Source: Candidatus Magasanikiibacteriota bacterium
Lineage (GTDB): Bacteria > Patescibacteriota > Patescibacteriia > Magasanikbacterales > GWA2-37-8
Length of the DNA: 64,000 nt
Assembly (NCBI GenBank): GCA_963840935.1
Contig: CAWJAS010000002.1
Coordinates: 71,333 to 135,332, forward strand
Direction of reading: 5' to 3'
Made by a program: the position numbers and the translations under genes. Under the pieces are notes generated by a model that saw nothing but the letters and a program-made list of their open reading frames with translations, was not told the DNA's origin and made no database searches. This document shows positions 10,553 through 21,082 of this stretch, piece by piece; positions within the stretch are counted from its first letter, which is position 1; every line of letters starts with the position of its first letter.

Positions 10553-11971
10553 ATGAAAAAATTTGAACTTGGTTTTACTTTTATACAAGTGCCGATTGAT
10601 TACACGGCCATTGTTCTGGCCGGCTTTACCGCTTATGCTCTGCGGTTTACCGATGTGGTAAAAAGCATCCGACCCGTAATGTTTAACGTTTCATGGCAAA
10701 GCTACTGGCCCGTAATTCTTTTGGTGGCAGGGGCATGGATTTTAATTTTTGCTTTGACCGGATTATATAATTCTTCCCGCGAACACAAAATGGCTCGCGA
10801 TATCCCCCGCATAATCCTCGCCTGTTCCACCGGTTTTGCCGGCATCACCATTTATGTTTTTTTCACTTTGCAAAAACTTGATTCCAGATTTTTGGTTTTG
10901 GCCGGATGGTTGCTCTCAATTTTATTTGTTATTCTCGGCAGATTAATTTTGCTCGGCATAAAAAGATTATTTTATAAATTCGGCATGGGCTTGCGACGCA
11001 CGGTTGTTATTGGCACAAAAGAAGTGGCAAATGTAATCAAAAGTTCGCTTGGCATAAGCCCACATATCGGATACAAACTGGTGGCCGAATTTGAAAAATT
11101 TGATTCTTCAATTTTTGAAAAACTATTGGCGGTTAAGCCGGATGAAATAATTTTCACCGACCCCAAAGCCGATGAGGACGAAGTGCTTCAAGCGATTGAT
11201 TTTGCCAACGAACATAATATTTCTTTCAAATATTCAGCCGACTTATTTGCCACCATTTCCACGAATATGGCCATAAGCACCATCGCCGGCGTCCCCATAA
11301 TTGAACTGCGCAGAACAAAATTAACCGGTTGGGGAAGAATTTTTAAACGCATTTTTGATATTATCGGCAGTTTCTTTTTCTTGATTATTTTTTCTCCGAT
11401 TTATTTGATAGCTTCGATTATAATTTTGTTTGAGACCGGCCGACCGATATTTTACAAAAACGAAAGAGTGGGCGCCAATGGAAAAAAGTTTTTCACCTAT
11501 AAATTCCGCTCAATGAAGCAAGAAAACTGCACCGGCGAACAATTCGGCCAGTCAGGCGAAGAGGCGCTCAAAACAGAAGAACAATTAATCCGCGAACGCT
11601 CAATCAAAAAAGGCCCGGTTTACAAAATAATGGATGACCCGCGCGTAACCAAATTCGGAAAATTTATCCGCAAATGGAGCATTGACGAATTGCCACAATT
11701 TTTTAATGTGTTTATCGGCCAGATGAGTTTGGTCGGACCGCGACCGCACCAGCCAAGAGAAGTCGATAAATATCAAAAGCATCATAAAATTGTATTGGCA
11801 ATCAAACCCGGGATAACCGGCATGGCACAAATTTCGGGCCGAAGCGATTTGAGTTTTGAAGATGAAGTCAAACTTGATGCCGTCTACATCGAAAACTGGA
11901 GCTTGCTCATCGACCTAATTATTTTAATAAAAACTCCTTTCGCGGTTTTTAGACGCAAAGGAGCATGGTAG
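10553..11971 (+). CDS. Polyprenyl-phosphate glycosylphosphotransferase (WcaJ/CpsE-like priming sugar transferase)
   Basis: KFRSM, DPRVTKFGKFIRKWSIDELPQ, SLVGPRP, KPGITGMAQISGR. Confidence 0.95.
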   Translation: MKKFELGFTFIQVPIDYTAIVLAGFTAYALRFTDVVKSIRPVMFNVSWQSYWPVILLVAGAWILIFALTGLYNSSREHKMARDIPRIILACSTGFAGITIYVFFTLQKLDSRFLVLAGWLLSILFVILGRLILLGIKRLFYKFGMGLRRTVVIGTKEVANVIKSSLGISPHIGYKLVAEFEKFDSSIFEKLLAVKPDEIIFTDPKADEDEVLQAIDFANEHNISFKYSADLFATISTNMAISTIAGVPIIELRRTKLTGWGRIFKRIFDIIGSFFFLIIFSPIYLIASIIILFETGRPIFYKNERVGANGKKFFTYKFRSMKQENCTGEQFGQSGEEALKTEEQLIRERSIKKGPVYKIMDDPRVTKFGKFIRKWSIDELPQFFNVFIGQMSLVGPRPHQPREVDKYQKHHKIVLAIKPGITGMAQISGRSDLSFEDEVKLDAVYIENWSLLIDLIILIKTPFAVFRRKGAW

Positions 11972-11976
11972 CAAAT

Positions 11977-13113
11977 ATGAAAATCGCACTGGTTCATGAT
12001 TATCTCTCGCAAGATGGAGGGGCGGAGAGAGTGTTGAAGGCCCTCCACGAAATTTGGCCGGAGGCGCCAATTTTTGTTTTATTTCATGACAAGAAAAAAA
12101 TCGGGTATTTTGACAATGAAAAAATCAAAGAATCATTCATCGCCAAAATGCCTTTTATTGGTTCCACTTTTCAATGGTATTTGCCATTTATGCCATCGGC
12201 CACCGAACGGCACGATTTGCGCGATTTTGATGTTGTGCTTTCTTCCACATCGGCCTTTGCCAAAGGAGTGATTACACCTCCCGGCACTTTGCATATTTCA
12301 TATTGTCACACTCCTCCACGCTATCTTTGGGCTGATTCATTGGAATACATCGCCGACCTCAAACGCGCGCCAATGATAAAATCTTTTTTGCCCGGGCTTA
12401 TGCATCGCCTGCGACTTTGGGACAGATTATCTTCCGACAGAGTAGACCACTTTATCGCTAATTCAAAAACCGTTGAACGACGAATCCGCAAATATTATCG
12501 CCGTGAATCTGATGTTATAAACCCCCCGGTTGAAACGGAGAAATTTTTTATTTCGAAAGACATCGGCGACTATTACATAGCGGGCGGAAGGCTTGTGCCA
12601 TATAAACGATTTGATATTTTAGTATCCGCTTTCAACCGCTTAAAATGGCCGTTAAAAATTTTTGGCGACGGACCGGAAATTAAACGATTAAAAAAAATCT
12701 CAAAACCAAATATTGAATTTTTGGGTCAAATTGCCGAAGAAGAAAAAAATAATTTATTAAGCCGAGCTCGCGCTTTTATCAATCCGCAAATTGAGGATTT
12801 TGGCATAACCGCGATTGAAGCAATGTCATCCGGTCGGCCGGTCATTGCATATGGCGATGGTGGCGCGGCCGAAACGATTAAAGAAAATGAGACGGGCGTA
12901 TTTTTTAAAAGCCAAAACTGGGAATCTCTTTATAATGCTTTGCTTAATTTTAATTATGAAAACTGGGACAGCGACTCAATTCGTGAACATGCCGGCCAAT
13001 TTGATTCAAAAATTTTCAAAACAAAAATTTATGACTTTACCGTCGCGAAGTGGGAAGAATATCAAAACAAATTCCATCAGCCGGCAATGTTAAAAAATCA
13101 AAACGATATTTAA
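11977..13113 (+). CDS. Glycosyltransferase family 4
   Basis: MKIALVHDYL..GGAERV, EDFGITAIEAMSSGRPVI. Confidence 0.92.
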   Translation: MKIALVHDYLSQDGGAERVLKALHEIWPEAPIFVLFHDKKKIGYFDNEKIKESFIAKMPFIGSTFQWYLPFMPSATERHDLRDFDVVLSSTSAFAKGVITPPGTLHISYCHTPPRYLWADSLEYIADLKRAPMIKSFLPGLMHRLRLWDRLSSDRVDHFIANSKTVERRIRKYYRRESDVINPPVETEKFFISKDIGDYYIAGGRLVPYKRFDILVSAFNRLKWPLKIFGDGPEIKRLKKISKPNIEFLGQIAEEEKNNLLSRARAFINPQIEDFGITAIEAMSSGRPVIAYGDGGAAETIKENETGVFFKSQNWESLYNALLNFNYENWDSDSIREHAGQFDSKIFKTKIYDFTVAKWEEYQNKFHQPAMLKNQNDI

Positions 13114-13117
13114 AAGT

Positions 13118-14344
13118 ATGCGAATTGGAATCGATATCAGACCTTTAATGACCGCCCAAAGAACCGGCGTTGGCGAATACACATTTGAACTTCTTGACTC
13201 AATTTTTAAAATTGACCGCGATAATCAATATTTTTTATATTATAACTCCGGCAAAGATACGACAAAAAATATTCCCGATTGGAAATATGAAAACGTGAAA
13301 ATTATTTCTTCACGACTGCCAAACAAAATATTTAACGCATCATTAAAAATTTTTGGACGACCGAAGTTGGACCGCCTTGTCGCTGAATCACTGGATATTT
13401 GGTTCTCGCCCAATCTGAATTTTACTTCCCTGTCGCCGGGTATAAAAAGCATTCTAACCGTTCATGATTTGTCTTTTGAATTTTTTCCTGAATTTTCCAC
13501 GGCCAAACAATTTTTTTGGCACAAAGCTATCGCGCCAAAAAAGCAATGCGAGCGAGCTGATTTGATTTTAACTCCATCGGAAAATACCAAAAAAGATATA
13601 GTTGATTATTACAAAATCGACCCGCAAAAAATTAAAGTGATTTACCCGGGGATAAAAAGTACACCAACCAACAATGTCATTCTGAGCGAAGCGAAGAATC
13701 TTTTTGATTATTCGGTGAAAGATCCTTCGGCCTTCGGCCTCAGGATGACAGGTGAAACGGAGATAAAACATAAATACAACCTGCCTGAAAATTATATTCT
13801 ATTCCTTGGCGCGATTGAACCGCGAAAAAACATAATCGGCCTGATTGAAGCGTTTGAAAGTCATTGCGAGGAGGCCGAAGGCCGACCTCAGGCTGATTCA
13901 AACCACCAACATTCTTTGGTCATCGCCGGCGCTCCGGGATGGAAAAATAAAAAAATTTTTGAACGAATTAAAAAATCAAAGTTCAGCGAACGTATAAAAA
14001 TTTTAGGATTTGTGCCTGATGAAGATAAAGCTGGACTTTATGCCCTGGCAAAATTATTTGTTTATCCAAGTTTTTACGAGGGGTTTGGCTTTCCGGTGCT
14101 TGAGGCAATGAAGGCGGGCGTGCCGGTTATTACTTCAAATTGTTCTTCATTGCCAGAAATTGCCGGACCGGCCGTTTATCTCATCGACCCAAACCGACCA
14201 AATCAAATTGCCCTGGCCATGAACGAGCTGATTAATAACGAAAAATTACGCGAATGGCATATTAAAAAAGGCCACGAACAAACACAAAAATTCAATTGGC
14301 AAAATTCGGCAAGAGAATGGCTAAAAATAATAGAAACTCTATGA
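13118..14344 (+). CDS. Glycosyltransferase family 4 (with in-frame palindromic insertions)
   Basis: MRIGID, EPRKN, PSFYEGFGFPVLEAM. Confidence 0.93.
   Translation: MRIGIDIRPLMTAQRTGVGEYTFELLDSIFKIDRDNQYFLYYNSGKDTTKNIPDWKYENVKIISSRLPNKIFNASLKIFGRPKLDRLVAESLDIWFSPNLNFTSLSPGIKSILTVHDLSFEFFPEFSTAKQFFWHKAIAPKKQCERADLILTPSENTKKDIVDYYKIDPQKIKVIYPGIKSTPTNNVILSEAKNLFDYSVKDPSAFGLRMTGETEIKHKYNLPENYILFLGAIEPRKNIIGLIEAFESHCEEAEGRPQADSNHQHSLVIAGAPGWKNKKIFERIKKSKFSERIKILGFVPDEDKAGLYALAKLFVYPSFYEGFGFPVLEAMKAGVPVITSNCSSLPEIAGPAVYLIDPNRPNQIALAMNELINNEKLREWHIKKGHEQTQKFNWQNSAREWLKIIETL
13675..13750. repeat. Palindromic REP/MITE-like element inserted in-frame
   Basis: TGTCATTCTGAG...CTCAGGATGACA terminal inverted repeats with internal GAAGAATCTTT/AAAGATCCTTC; reads VILSEAKNL...DPSAFGLRMT. 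Confidence 0.8.
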
Positions 14345-15558
14345 AAATAGGCATTGACGCCCGCATGCTCGGGTCAAAACAAGGCGGAATCGGGCGGTAT
14401 GTACACGAACTTATCAGACATTTCAAAATCGCCTCGTGTCATCCTGATTCGCCATTTGGCGAAGAAGGATCTTTTAGCACAATGGGTCAAGATTCTTCGG
14501 TCGTTTCACTCTCTCAGAATGACAAAAAAAACAATCTTCAATTTGTTATTTTTTTGCGTAAAGATAATTGGGATTTGATTGATGAATCGCTGAATATAAA
14601 AAAAGTTCTAGCCGATATTCCCTGGTATGGCTGGCGCGAACAATTATGCTTGCCAAAAATTATTAAAAAAGAAAAAGTTGACCTGATGCATTTTCCGCAT
14701 TGGAATATTCCGTTTTCTTATTGCAAACCATTTGTTGTTACTATTCACGATTTGCTTTTACTCCACTACCCGACTCGCGCTTCAAGCACACTCGGGCCAC
14801 TCACCTATTTTTTTAAAAACTTGGCTTACAAAATAATTTTGCGCCACGCTATAAAAAAATCTCGTCATATCATCACTATAAGCGAGTTTACCAAAAATGA
14901 TATTTTTAAAAATTTTAACATTGACGCAAAAAAAATTACCGTGACGCATTTGGCGCCTCTCCCTCCCCCTCTTAATCTCCCCCTCGGGCAGGGGGAAAAA
15001 ACGCCCGCCAATCTCATTCATTACAAAATTACCAAACCCTATGTTCTTTATGTTGGCGTGGCTTATCCGCACAAAAATTTGGAGGGTCTGATTGAAGCTT
15101 GGAAAATATTTTGCGCTGAACACGGAAATGATTACCAATTAGTGTTGGCCGGAAGAAAAAATTATTTTTATGAAAAGATTCTGAAACAAGTTCAGGATGA
15201 CAATATAATTTTTACCGATTATGTTCCCGATGAAGATTTGCCCATGCTGTATAAAAACGCTTCGCTTTATGTTTTTCCGTCTTTTTATGAAGGATTTGGT
15301 TTGCCTCCGCTTGAAGCAATGCAATATGGCGTGCCGGTTGTTTCTTCAAACTCAACCTGCCTACCAGAAATTCTAAAGGACTCGGCATTGTATTTTAACC
15401 CTTCAAACAAAAATGAAATGAAAGGCGCGATTTGGCGTGGATTGACTGACCAAAACTTAAGGCAAGAACTGAACCAAAAAAGTGTTCAACTTATCCACAA
15501 TTACAGTTGGAAAACCACGGCAAAAACAACTTTGGAAACCTATCTGAATGTGATATAA
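14341..15558 (+). CDS. Glycosyltransferase family 4 (with in-frame palindromic insertions)
   Basis: MKIGIDARM, YPHKN, PSFYEGFGLPPLEAM; ATGA overlap with the upstream stop. Confidence 0.93.
   Translation: MKIGIDARMLGSKQGGIGRYVHELIRHFKIASCHPDSPFGEEGSFSTMGQDSSVVSLSQNDKKNNLQFVIFLRKDNWDLIDESLNIKKVLADIPWYGWREQLCLPKIIKKEKVDLMHFPHWNIPFSYCKPFVVTIHDLLLLHYPTRASSTLGPLTYFFKNLAYKIILRHAIKKSRHIITISEFTKNDIFKNFNIDAKKITVTHLAPLPPPLNLPLGQGEKTPANLIHYKITKPYVLYVGVAYPHKNLEGLIEAWKIFCAEHGNDYQLVLAGRKNYFYEKILKQVQDDNIIFTDYVPDEDLPMLYKNASLYVFPSFYEGFGLPPLEAMQYGVPVVSSNSTCLPEILKDSALYFNPSNKNEMKGAIWRGLTDQNLRQELNQKSVQLIHNYSWKTTAKTTLETYLNVI
14437..14524. repeat. Second copy of the TGTCAT...ATGACA palindromic element, in-frame
   Basis: TGTCATCCTGA...TCAGAATGACA with internal GAAGGATCTT/AAGATTCTTC. 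Confidence 0.8.
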
Positions 15559-15595
15559 TAACCTGAGAAAAATCTTTTCCAAAGTATCATCAAAA

Positions 15596-18169
15596 ATGAT
15601 AAAAAAGCAAAGAAAAACACAGGTTCGCAAATGCTCAATTTGCCAAAAAACCGGGCACAACAAATCACGCTGTCCGGAATTTTTGAGTTCAACAAAAAAA
15701 CACGATAATAAAGAAACTCCGGTTTTGAGAATGTATATTCACGAAGAAAAATCACATTCCGCTTCTCCGCACATGGTTAACCTAAAAACCCAAAATAATC
15801 CTTGGGAACGAATTGGCGCTTTTTCTCCAAACCCGAATTGTCCGGAATATTACTCATACAAAAATAAAATTGAAGAACAAGTTTTTACTCCGCCCAAAGT
15901 TACTGTTTGTCCAAAAATTGACTTGCCCACGGTTAACTTGGTCAAACCAAAAAAGAAAATTTCTTTTTGGCAATCTTTTTTTAGCAGATTGGAATCATTC
16001 AAAGATGAAAGAACCGCCAAAAAAACATTCAACAAAGTTGTGGCAAAGAAAAATGCCGAATTACTAACGATTTCTTTTGAAGACAAAAAAGAAATTCTCG
16101 CGGAAACAAACAAGCCGATTGAACAAAAAACTCAAATTAAAAAAGTTGTAACGCCAATAAACTGGCCGACTCGTTTAATCAGACTGTCTTGGCAAACCGC
16201 CATTGCCATAATTTTAATTCTGGCTCCATTTAAGGCAAACTCTTTTTACCAATCGGTTAAATTAACCACCGAAAAAATCGCCACCGAGGGAACGCATGGT
16301 TTTATGGCGCTTCAAGAATCAACTTCCGCCATCACTCAATCTGATTTGGAAGGAGCGGAATTTTTTATCACAAGCGCCCTGCAAAATTTTGATAATGCCA
16401 TGGAAGCGATGAATGGCAATCATAAATTACTTCAAAAAATCGCTTCAGCCGTTCCCATTCTTTCAAACGAGGTCCAAAGCAGGCAAAAAATTATTACCGC
16501 CGGGCATAAAATCGCTTTGGGTAACACTTATTTTATCAAAGGTCTTTCAACCGCCCAAAGCAACGAGGAAACCCCCTTAACCGAACGAATCAAATTTATT
16601 ATTTCATATATCAAATCGGCTATCCCTAACTATGAAGCCGCCTTGGCCGATATGGCAGAAATTGACCCTTCGGTTTTACCGCTTGAATATCAAAATGTTT
16701 TTAAAGATTTCCGCCTATTGTTCGCCACTTTTTTGGATGATTTGGAAAATTTAACCGAGTTGGGCCGGGCAATTGATGAGATATTCGGTGGAGAGGGATT
16801 GCGCAGGTATTTAATAGTATTCCAAAACCCTCATGAAATACGACCGACGGGTGGATTTTTGGGTAGTTTCGCTATAATTGACGTAAAAAATGGCAAAATT
16901 GTTAATTTGGATATTCCAGCCGGTGGATCATATGACCTGCAAGGCCAACTTGACGCCTATGTTGAACCGCCCACCCCTCTTTTGCTTTCCAACAAACGTT
17001 GGGAATTCCAGGACTCAAACTGGTTTCCTGATTTTCCGGCCAGCGCCCAAAAAATGCTTTGGTTTTATCGCCACGCCCGTCAAGTAACGGCTGACGGTGT
17101 TATTGCCATAAACGCCACCGTTCTTGAAAGACTACTCTCTATTATCGGACCGGTTCACGATACCGAACGAGCGCTCACGCTCGATTCTTCCAACGCTATT
17201 GTCGCTATACAAAAAATAGTCGAGGAAGGCCCGGAGAAAGCAGACAATAAACCAAAGCAAATTATTTCAGATTTGGCGCCGTTATTTATTAATTATATTT
17301 TAAATTCAAAACCGGAGCATATCACTCCATTACTTTTGAATCTTTCCGAAGCTTTAGAGAAAAAAGAAATACAAGCGTATTTTGTTGACGAAGAAGTTGA
17401 AAACACCATAAAAACATACGGCTGGAGTGGGCAAATATTGCCGATTAAAAATGACCAAGATTATTTGATGGTGGTCAATGCGAATGTTCAAGGTCAAAAA
17501 TCAGATGCATATATTATTCAAAACATCTCTCACGAGGCTGAAGTGGCGGAAGACGGATCAATAATTAATACAGTGGTAATAACACGCGAACACACCGGAA
17601 CACAAGGCGAAAAATTATATGGTCAAACGAATATTAATTATTTACGACTTTACGTTCCGCTTGGAAGCGAACTAATTTCGGCGGGAGGATTTACCTGGCC
17701 CGATGAACGCAGTTTTCGCGCCCCGGATGCTTGGACAAAAAAAGATGAATTTTTAATGGAGACTGAAAAAGAAATCGGATTTGATGATACAACCGGAACT
17801 CGTTTGAGCGAAGAATTTGGCAAAACTGTTTTTGGCAACTGGATAATCATAAACCCCGGAGAAACCGGTCAAATATTTTTTAAATATAGGCTTCCTTTCA
17901 AAATGAATGTCGTGGGCGATGAAACCACAAAAAATATTTTTAAAAAATTTGTCAGTGAAAACTATGACACTTCCGGATACCAATTAATCGTACAAAAACA
18001 ATCCGGACAAAAATCAATGTTTGAGAGTCAAATCATATATCCGCTATCATGGTTCCCCAGTTGGCACGACGGAAATGACTCGGTATTGGCGGGAAACGGC
18101 CTGATTATCAAACGATCATCTCTTGAGACAGACTCGATTTGGAGTTTGGTGATGAAAAAACAAAAATAA
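15596..18169 (+). CDS. DUF4012-domain membrane protein with N-terminal CCHC zinc knuckle
   Basis: YLIVFQNPHEIRPTGGFLGS, QDSNWFPDFPASA, DGVIAIN; N-terminal CSICQKTGHNKSRC. Confidence 0.85.
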   Translation: MIKKQRKTQVRKCSICQKTGHNKSRCPEFLSSTKKHDNKETPVLRMYIHEEKSHSASPHMVNLKTQNNPWERIGAFSPNPNCPEYYSYKNKIEEQVFTPPKVTVCPKIDLPTVNLVKPKKKISFWQSFFSRLESFKDERTAKKTFNKVVAKKNAELLTISFEDKKEILAETNKPIEQKTQIKKVVTPINWPTRLIRLSWQTAIAIILILAPFKANSFYQSVKLTTEKIATEGTHGFMALQESTSAITQSDLEGAEFFITSALQNFDNAMEAMNGNHKLLQKIASAVPILSNEVQSRQKIITAGHKIALGNTYFIKGLSTAQSNEETPLTERIKFIISYIKSAIPNYEAALADMAEIDPSVLPLEYQNVFKDFRLLFATFLDDLENLTELGRAIDEIFGGEGLRRYLIVFQNPHEIRPTGGFLGSFAIIDVKNGKIVNLDIPAGGSYDLQGQLDAYVEPPTPLLLSNKRWEFQDSNWFPDFPASAQKMLWFYRHARQVTADGVIAINATVLERLLSIIGPVHDTERALTLDSSNAIVAIQKIVEEGPEKADNKPKQIISDLAPLFINYILNSKPEHITPLLLNLSEALEKKEIQAYFVDEEVENTIKTYGWSGQILPIKNDQDYLMVVNANVQGQKSDAYIIQNISHEAEVAEDGSIINTVVITREHTGTQGEKLYGQTNINYLRLYVPLGSELISAGGFTWPDERSFRAPDAWTKKDEFLMETEKEIGFDDTTGTRLSEEFGKTVFGNWIIINPGETGQIFFKYRLPFKMNVVGDETTKNIFKKFVSENYDTSGYQLIVQKQSGQKSMFESQIIYPLSWFPSWHDGNDSVLAGNGLIIKRSSLETDSIWSLVMKKQK

Positions 18170-18204
18170 ACTTATTTAATTGTTAATAATTTTGATTTTT
18201 GGAT

Positions 18205-20106
18205 ATGGCAAAAAATGAAAACTCTTTTTCCAGCCATCCGATAGGCGAGGAAAAACCCAAACGCGCTCGCGTGGTACGCAAAAAAACCATCGCGACAAAA
18301 ACAAGGAACTCTGGTGAAAACATCATAGAAAAAGAAAAAATGGTTCGAATAGACAAGGAATTGAAATCGATTTATTCGGATAACAGCGGACGAATTCCCA
18401 ATATGCAAGAAATTAGCAAGAAAAAAAGACATCCGATTTTACGTGGGCTTTTTGCTTTGATAATAATCGGTGGTCTTATGGCCACTGTTGCCTGGGTTGG
18501 ATTTTTTTATTTACCGAGCAAAACCCAAATTGGCGATAAAAATTTAAATCTTGGAATTAACGGCCCAAATGAATTTTCTCTGGGGGCAACCACCACCTAT
18601 ATTATTCGCTGGGAGAATAAACAAAATACCAAAATAACCAAAGCAGTATTAACAGTCAATTATCCCGAAGGGTTTGTGTTTTTGGAAAGTTCTTTGCCTT
18701 CCGGTAATTCCGGCAATACCCAGTGGGAATTAGGCGAAATTAATGCCGGAAAATCCGGTGAAATAAAAATAACCGGCAAAAATTTCGGTCCGATAAATCA
18801 AGAAAAATCCTGGCGCTTATTTCTTAATTACCAACCAGAAAATTTTGCTTCTGAACTGCAAACATCGGCATCGCTCAACACAAAAATCATTGACTCTCCC
18901 TTTTCTGTTTCGATTTCCGGCCCAGAAAAATCGATTACTCAAGATAGCGCCGAATATATAATTAAATTTACAAACAATACGGATTGGCAACCGGAGAAAT
19001 TAATTGTGAAAGCTGTTTTGCCCGATAACTTTATAATTAGCTCATCAAGTCCAAAAATATCGGCTGACAAAACGTGGCTAATTGTTAACGAAGAAACGGC
19101 CACAGCCACTTCATATACATATAAAATAGCTGGTTCTTTTAGTAATAAAGGCACGGAATTCAACGATGATTTTACGGCCGATATTAATACAGAGCTACTA
19201 CTCCCGTTTGGCGTTGACCAAAAATTATTTTTAATTGACGAAAAATCTATAAAAACCGAAGTGTCAAAAAATACCCAAAATTTATATTTGGCGATAAACG
19301 GTTCGATGACTAATCTTTCAAGCCGTCCGAATGAAGCACTAAATTTTTCGCTTAATTTCAAAAACATGGCCAAAGAGAGTGTTAAAAATGCGGTAATCAA
19401 ATTAACGATTGACGCTCCTTCACTAAATCGCCAAAGCGCGATGAATTGGGTAAAAATTGAAGATAAGTATGACGGCAATATTGTTGGCGAACAGCTAACC
19501 GACAATATCCGTCGTGGCGTTATCACGTGGACATCAAAACAAATCACAAGTCTGGCAGAATTCAAGACAGGCCAGGAAATTCCAATTGATGTGGTTTTAC
19601 CGATCCGAGACACGGAGAATTTTGATTTGGCTTCCATCGGAGAACATACGATTTTAGTTAGCGCGGAAGCAACATACAAAGATGAAAGCGGAGAAAATAA
19701 AGTAATAACCTCAAACCCGATAACAATTACAATCAATTCGGATCTGGCGCTCGAAGTTCGCGCCAAAACGATATCAGAAAAAGAAAAAGAAATAACCTGG
19801 ATATTGACGAACAGTTTTCATTCTTTAAAAAATGTTGAAGTTACCGCCTCTGTTTTTGGTGATTCGGAATTTACGGCGGAAAACGCGCCCGCCGGCACGA
19901 TTAATTTTGACAAAGAAAATAAAATAATTACTTGGAAAATAGCCGACATGCCTTCAAGTGTTGATGTGTTGGCTTTGCCTTTCAGGATCTTCATCAACCA
20001 AATCAATACGACGCAAAACACTCTCATATCAAAAGTAAAAATCAAAGCGGAAGACTCGGTGACCGGCCAGATTATTGAGATAATGGGAGATGAAGTGCCG
20101 ATGTAA
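18205..20106 (+). CDS. Membrane-anchored protein with Ig-like/DUF11-like repeats
   Basis: One TM helix then beta-rich modules (YPEGFVF...WELGEINAGKSGEIKITG). Confidence 0.6.
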   Translation: MAKNENSFSSHPIGEEKPKRARVVRKKTIATKTRNSGENIIEKEKMVRIDKELKSIYSDNSGRIPNMQEISKKKRHPILRGLFALIIIGGLMATVAWVGFFYLPSKTQIGDKNLNLGINGPNEFSLGATTTYIIRWENKQNTKITKAVLTVNYPEGFVFLESSLPSGNSGNTQWELGEINAGKSGEIKITGKNFGPINQEKSWRLFLNYQPENFASELQTSASLNTKIIDSPFSVSISGPEKSITQDSAEYIIKFTNNTDWQPEKLIVKAVLPDNFIISSSSPKISADKTWLIVNEETATATSYTYKIAGSFSNKGTEFNDDFTADINTELLLPFGVDQKLFLIDEKSIKTEVSKNTQNLYLAINGSMTNLSSRPNEALNFSLNFKNMAKESVKNAVIKLTIDAPSLNRQSAMNWVKIEDKYDGNIVGEQLTDNIRRGVITWTSKQITSLAEFKTGQEIPIDVVLPIRDTENFDLASIGEHTILVSAEATYKDESGENKVITSNPITITINSDLALEVRAKTISEKEKEITWILTNSFHSLKNVEVTASVFGDSEFTAENAPAGTINFDKENKIITWKIADMPSSVDVLALPFRIFINQINTTQNTLISKVKIKAEDSVTGQIIEIMGDEVPM

Positions 20107-20116
20107 TTAATTACTA

Positions 20117-20155
20117 TAAAAAAATCCCGTCATTTTCAAGTGGCGGGATTTTTTG
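20117..20155. terminator. Bidirectional terminator
   Basis: AAAAAATCCCGTCA...TGGCGGGATTTTTT between convergent genes. Confidence 0.75.
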
Positions 20156-20161
20156 TTTTGG

Positions 20162-21082
20162 CTACTTAACAAATCGTTTAATCAAATTTTCAGCTTCGGG
20201 CTCATTTTTTATCCACTTTATATTTTTTTCTTTTTTAAACCATGTCATTTGCCTTTTTGCATATCGCCTGGTATCTCTTTTAATCATTTCTATTGCTTCT
20301 GATAAGGTTAATTCATTACGCAAAAAATAACCGAGTTGTTTATAACCTATTCCGCTCATGGCGGGAAGTGCCCAAGAATAATTTTTTGATAATTTTTTGA
20401 CTTCAACCAAAAGTCCTGATTTGATTTGTTCGTCCACTCGTTCGTTAATTCGCCCATATAATTCTTCTCGTGGCAAATCTAATCCCAATTGTAAAGTTTG
20501 ATAACAAGCCGGCAATTTTTTTTCTTTGGTAATCGCTCCGGCGCCGGATAAGATAACTTCCAAAGCCCGCATAACACGGCGAGGATTTTTTAAATCGATT
20601 CTCTCAGCCAATTCCGGATTATTCCTTTTTAGCATTTTCACAAGTTCAGGCAAACTTTTTTTATTCAATTTTTCCCTCAAAACCAAATCAGGCGCTACGG
20701 CCGGAATATCATAATTTTCCACAATTGCTTTAACATAAAGACCGGTTCCCCCAACAATTATAGGCATCTTGCCTCGCTTCAAAATATCATCAATCGCTAT
20801 AAAAGCTATTTCTTTATAGTGAGCAAGAGTAAACTCCTGGTCTGGCAAAATAATATCAATCAAATGATGCCTTACACCGGCGACAAAATAATCCTTCTTT
20901 TTTTTGTCTTTGATGGGCTTCGCGGTGCCGATATTCATTTCTTTATAAACTTGCCTTGAATCGGCGTTAATAATTTCTCCATTGAATTTTTTTGCCAAAC
21001 TCAAAGAAAGGGACGTTTTCCCCGATGCTGTCGGCCCGACAATGGCGATAATTTTTGGCAATTTATTCATACTATTTAACAA
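20162..21082 (-). CDS. miaA: tRNA dimethylallyltransferase
   Basis: IVGPTASGKT, INADSRQVY, VGGTGLY, TRRYAKRQMTWF. Confidence 0.97.
   Translation of the reverse strand: MLNSMNKLPKIIAIVGPTASGKTSLSLSLAKKFNGEIINADSRQVYKEMNIGTAKPIKDKKKKDYFVAGVRHHLIDIILPDQEFTLAHYKEIAFIAIDDILKRGKMPIIVGGTGLYVKAIVENYDIPAVAPDLVLREKLNKKSLPELVKMLKRNNPELAERIDLKNPRRVMRALEVILSGAGAITKEKKLPACYQTLQLGLDLPREELYGRINERVDEQIKSGLLVEVKKLSKNYSWALPAMSGIGYKQLGYFLRNELTLSEAIEMIKRDTRRYAKRQMTWFKKEKNIKWIKNEPEAENLIKRFVK

Noticed and set aside
18939-19766. 275-aa minus-strand ORF
   Set aside because: Antisense shadow of the 18205-20106 gene.
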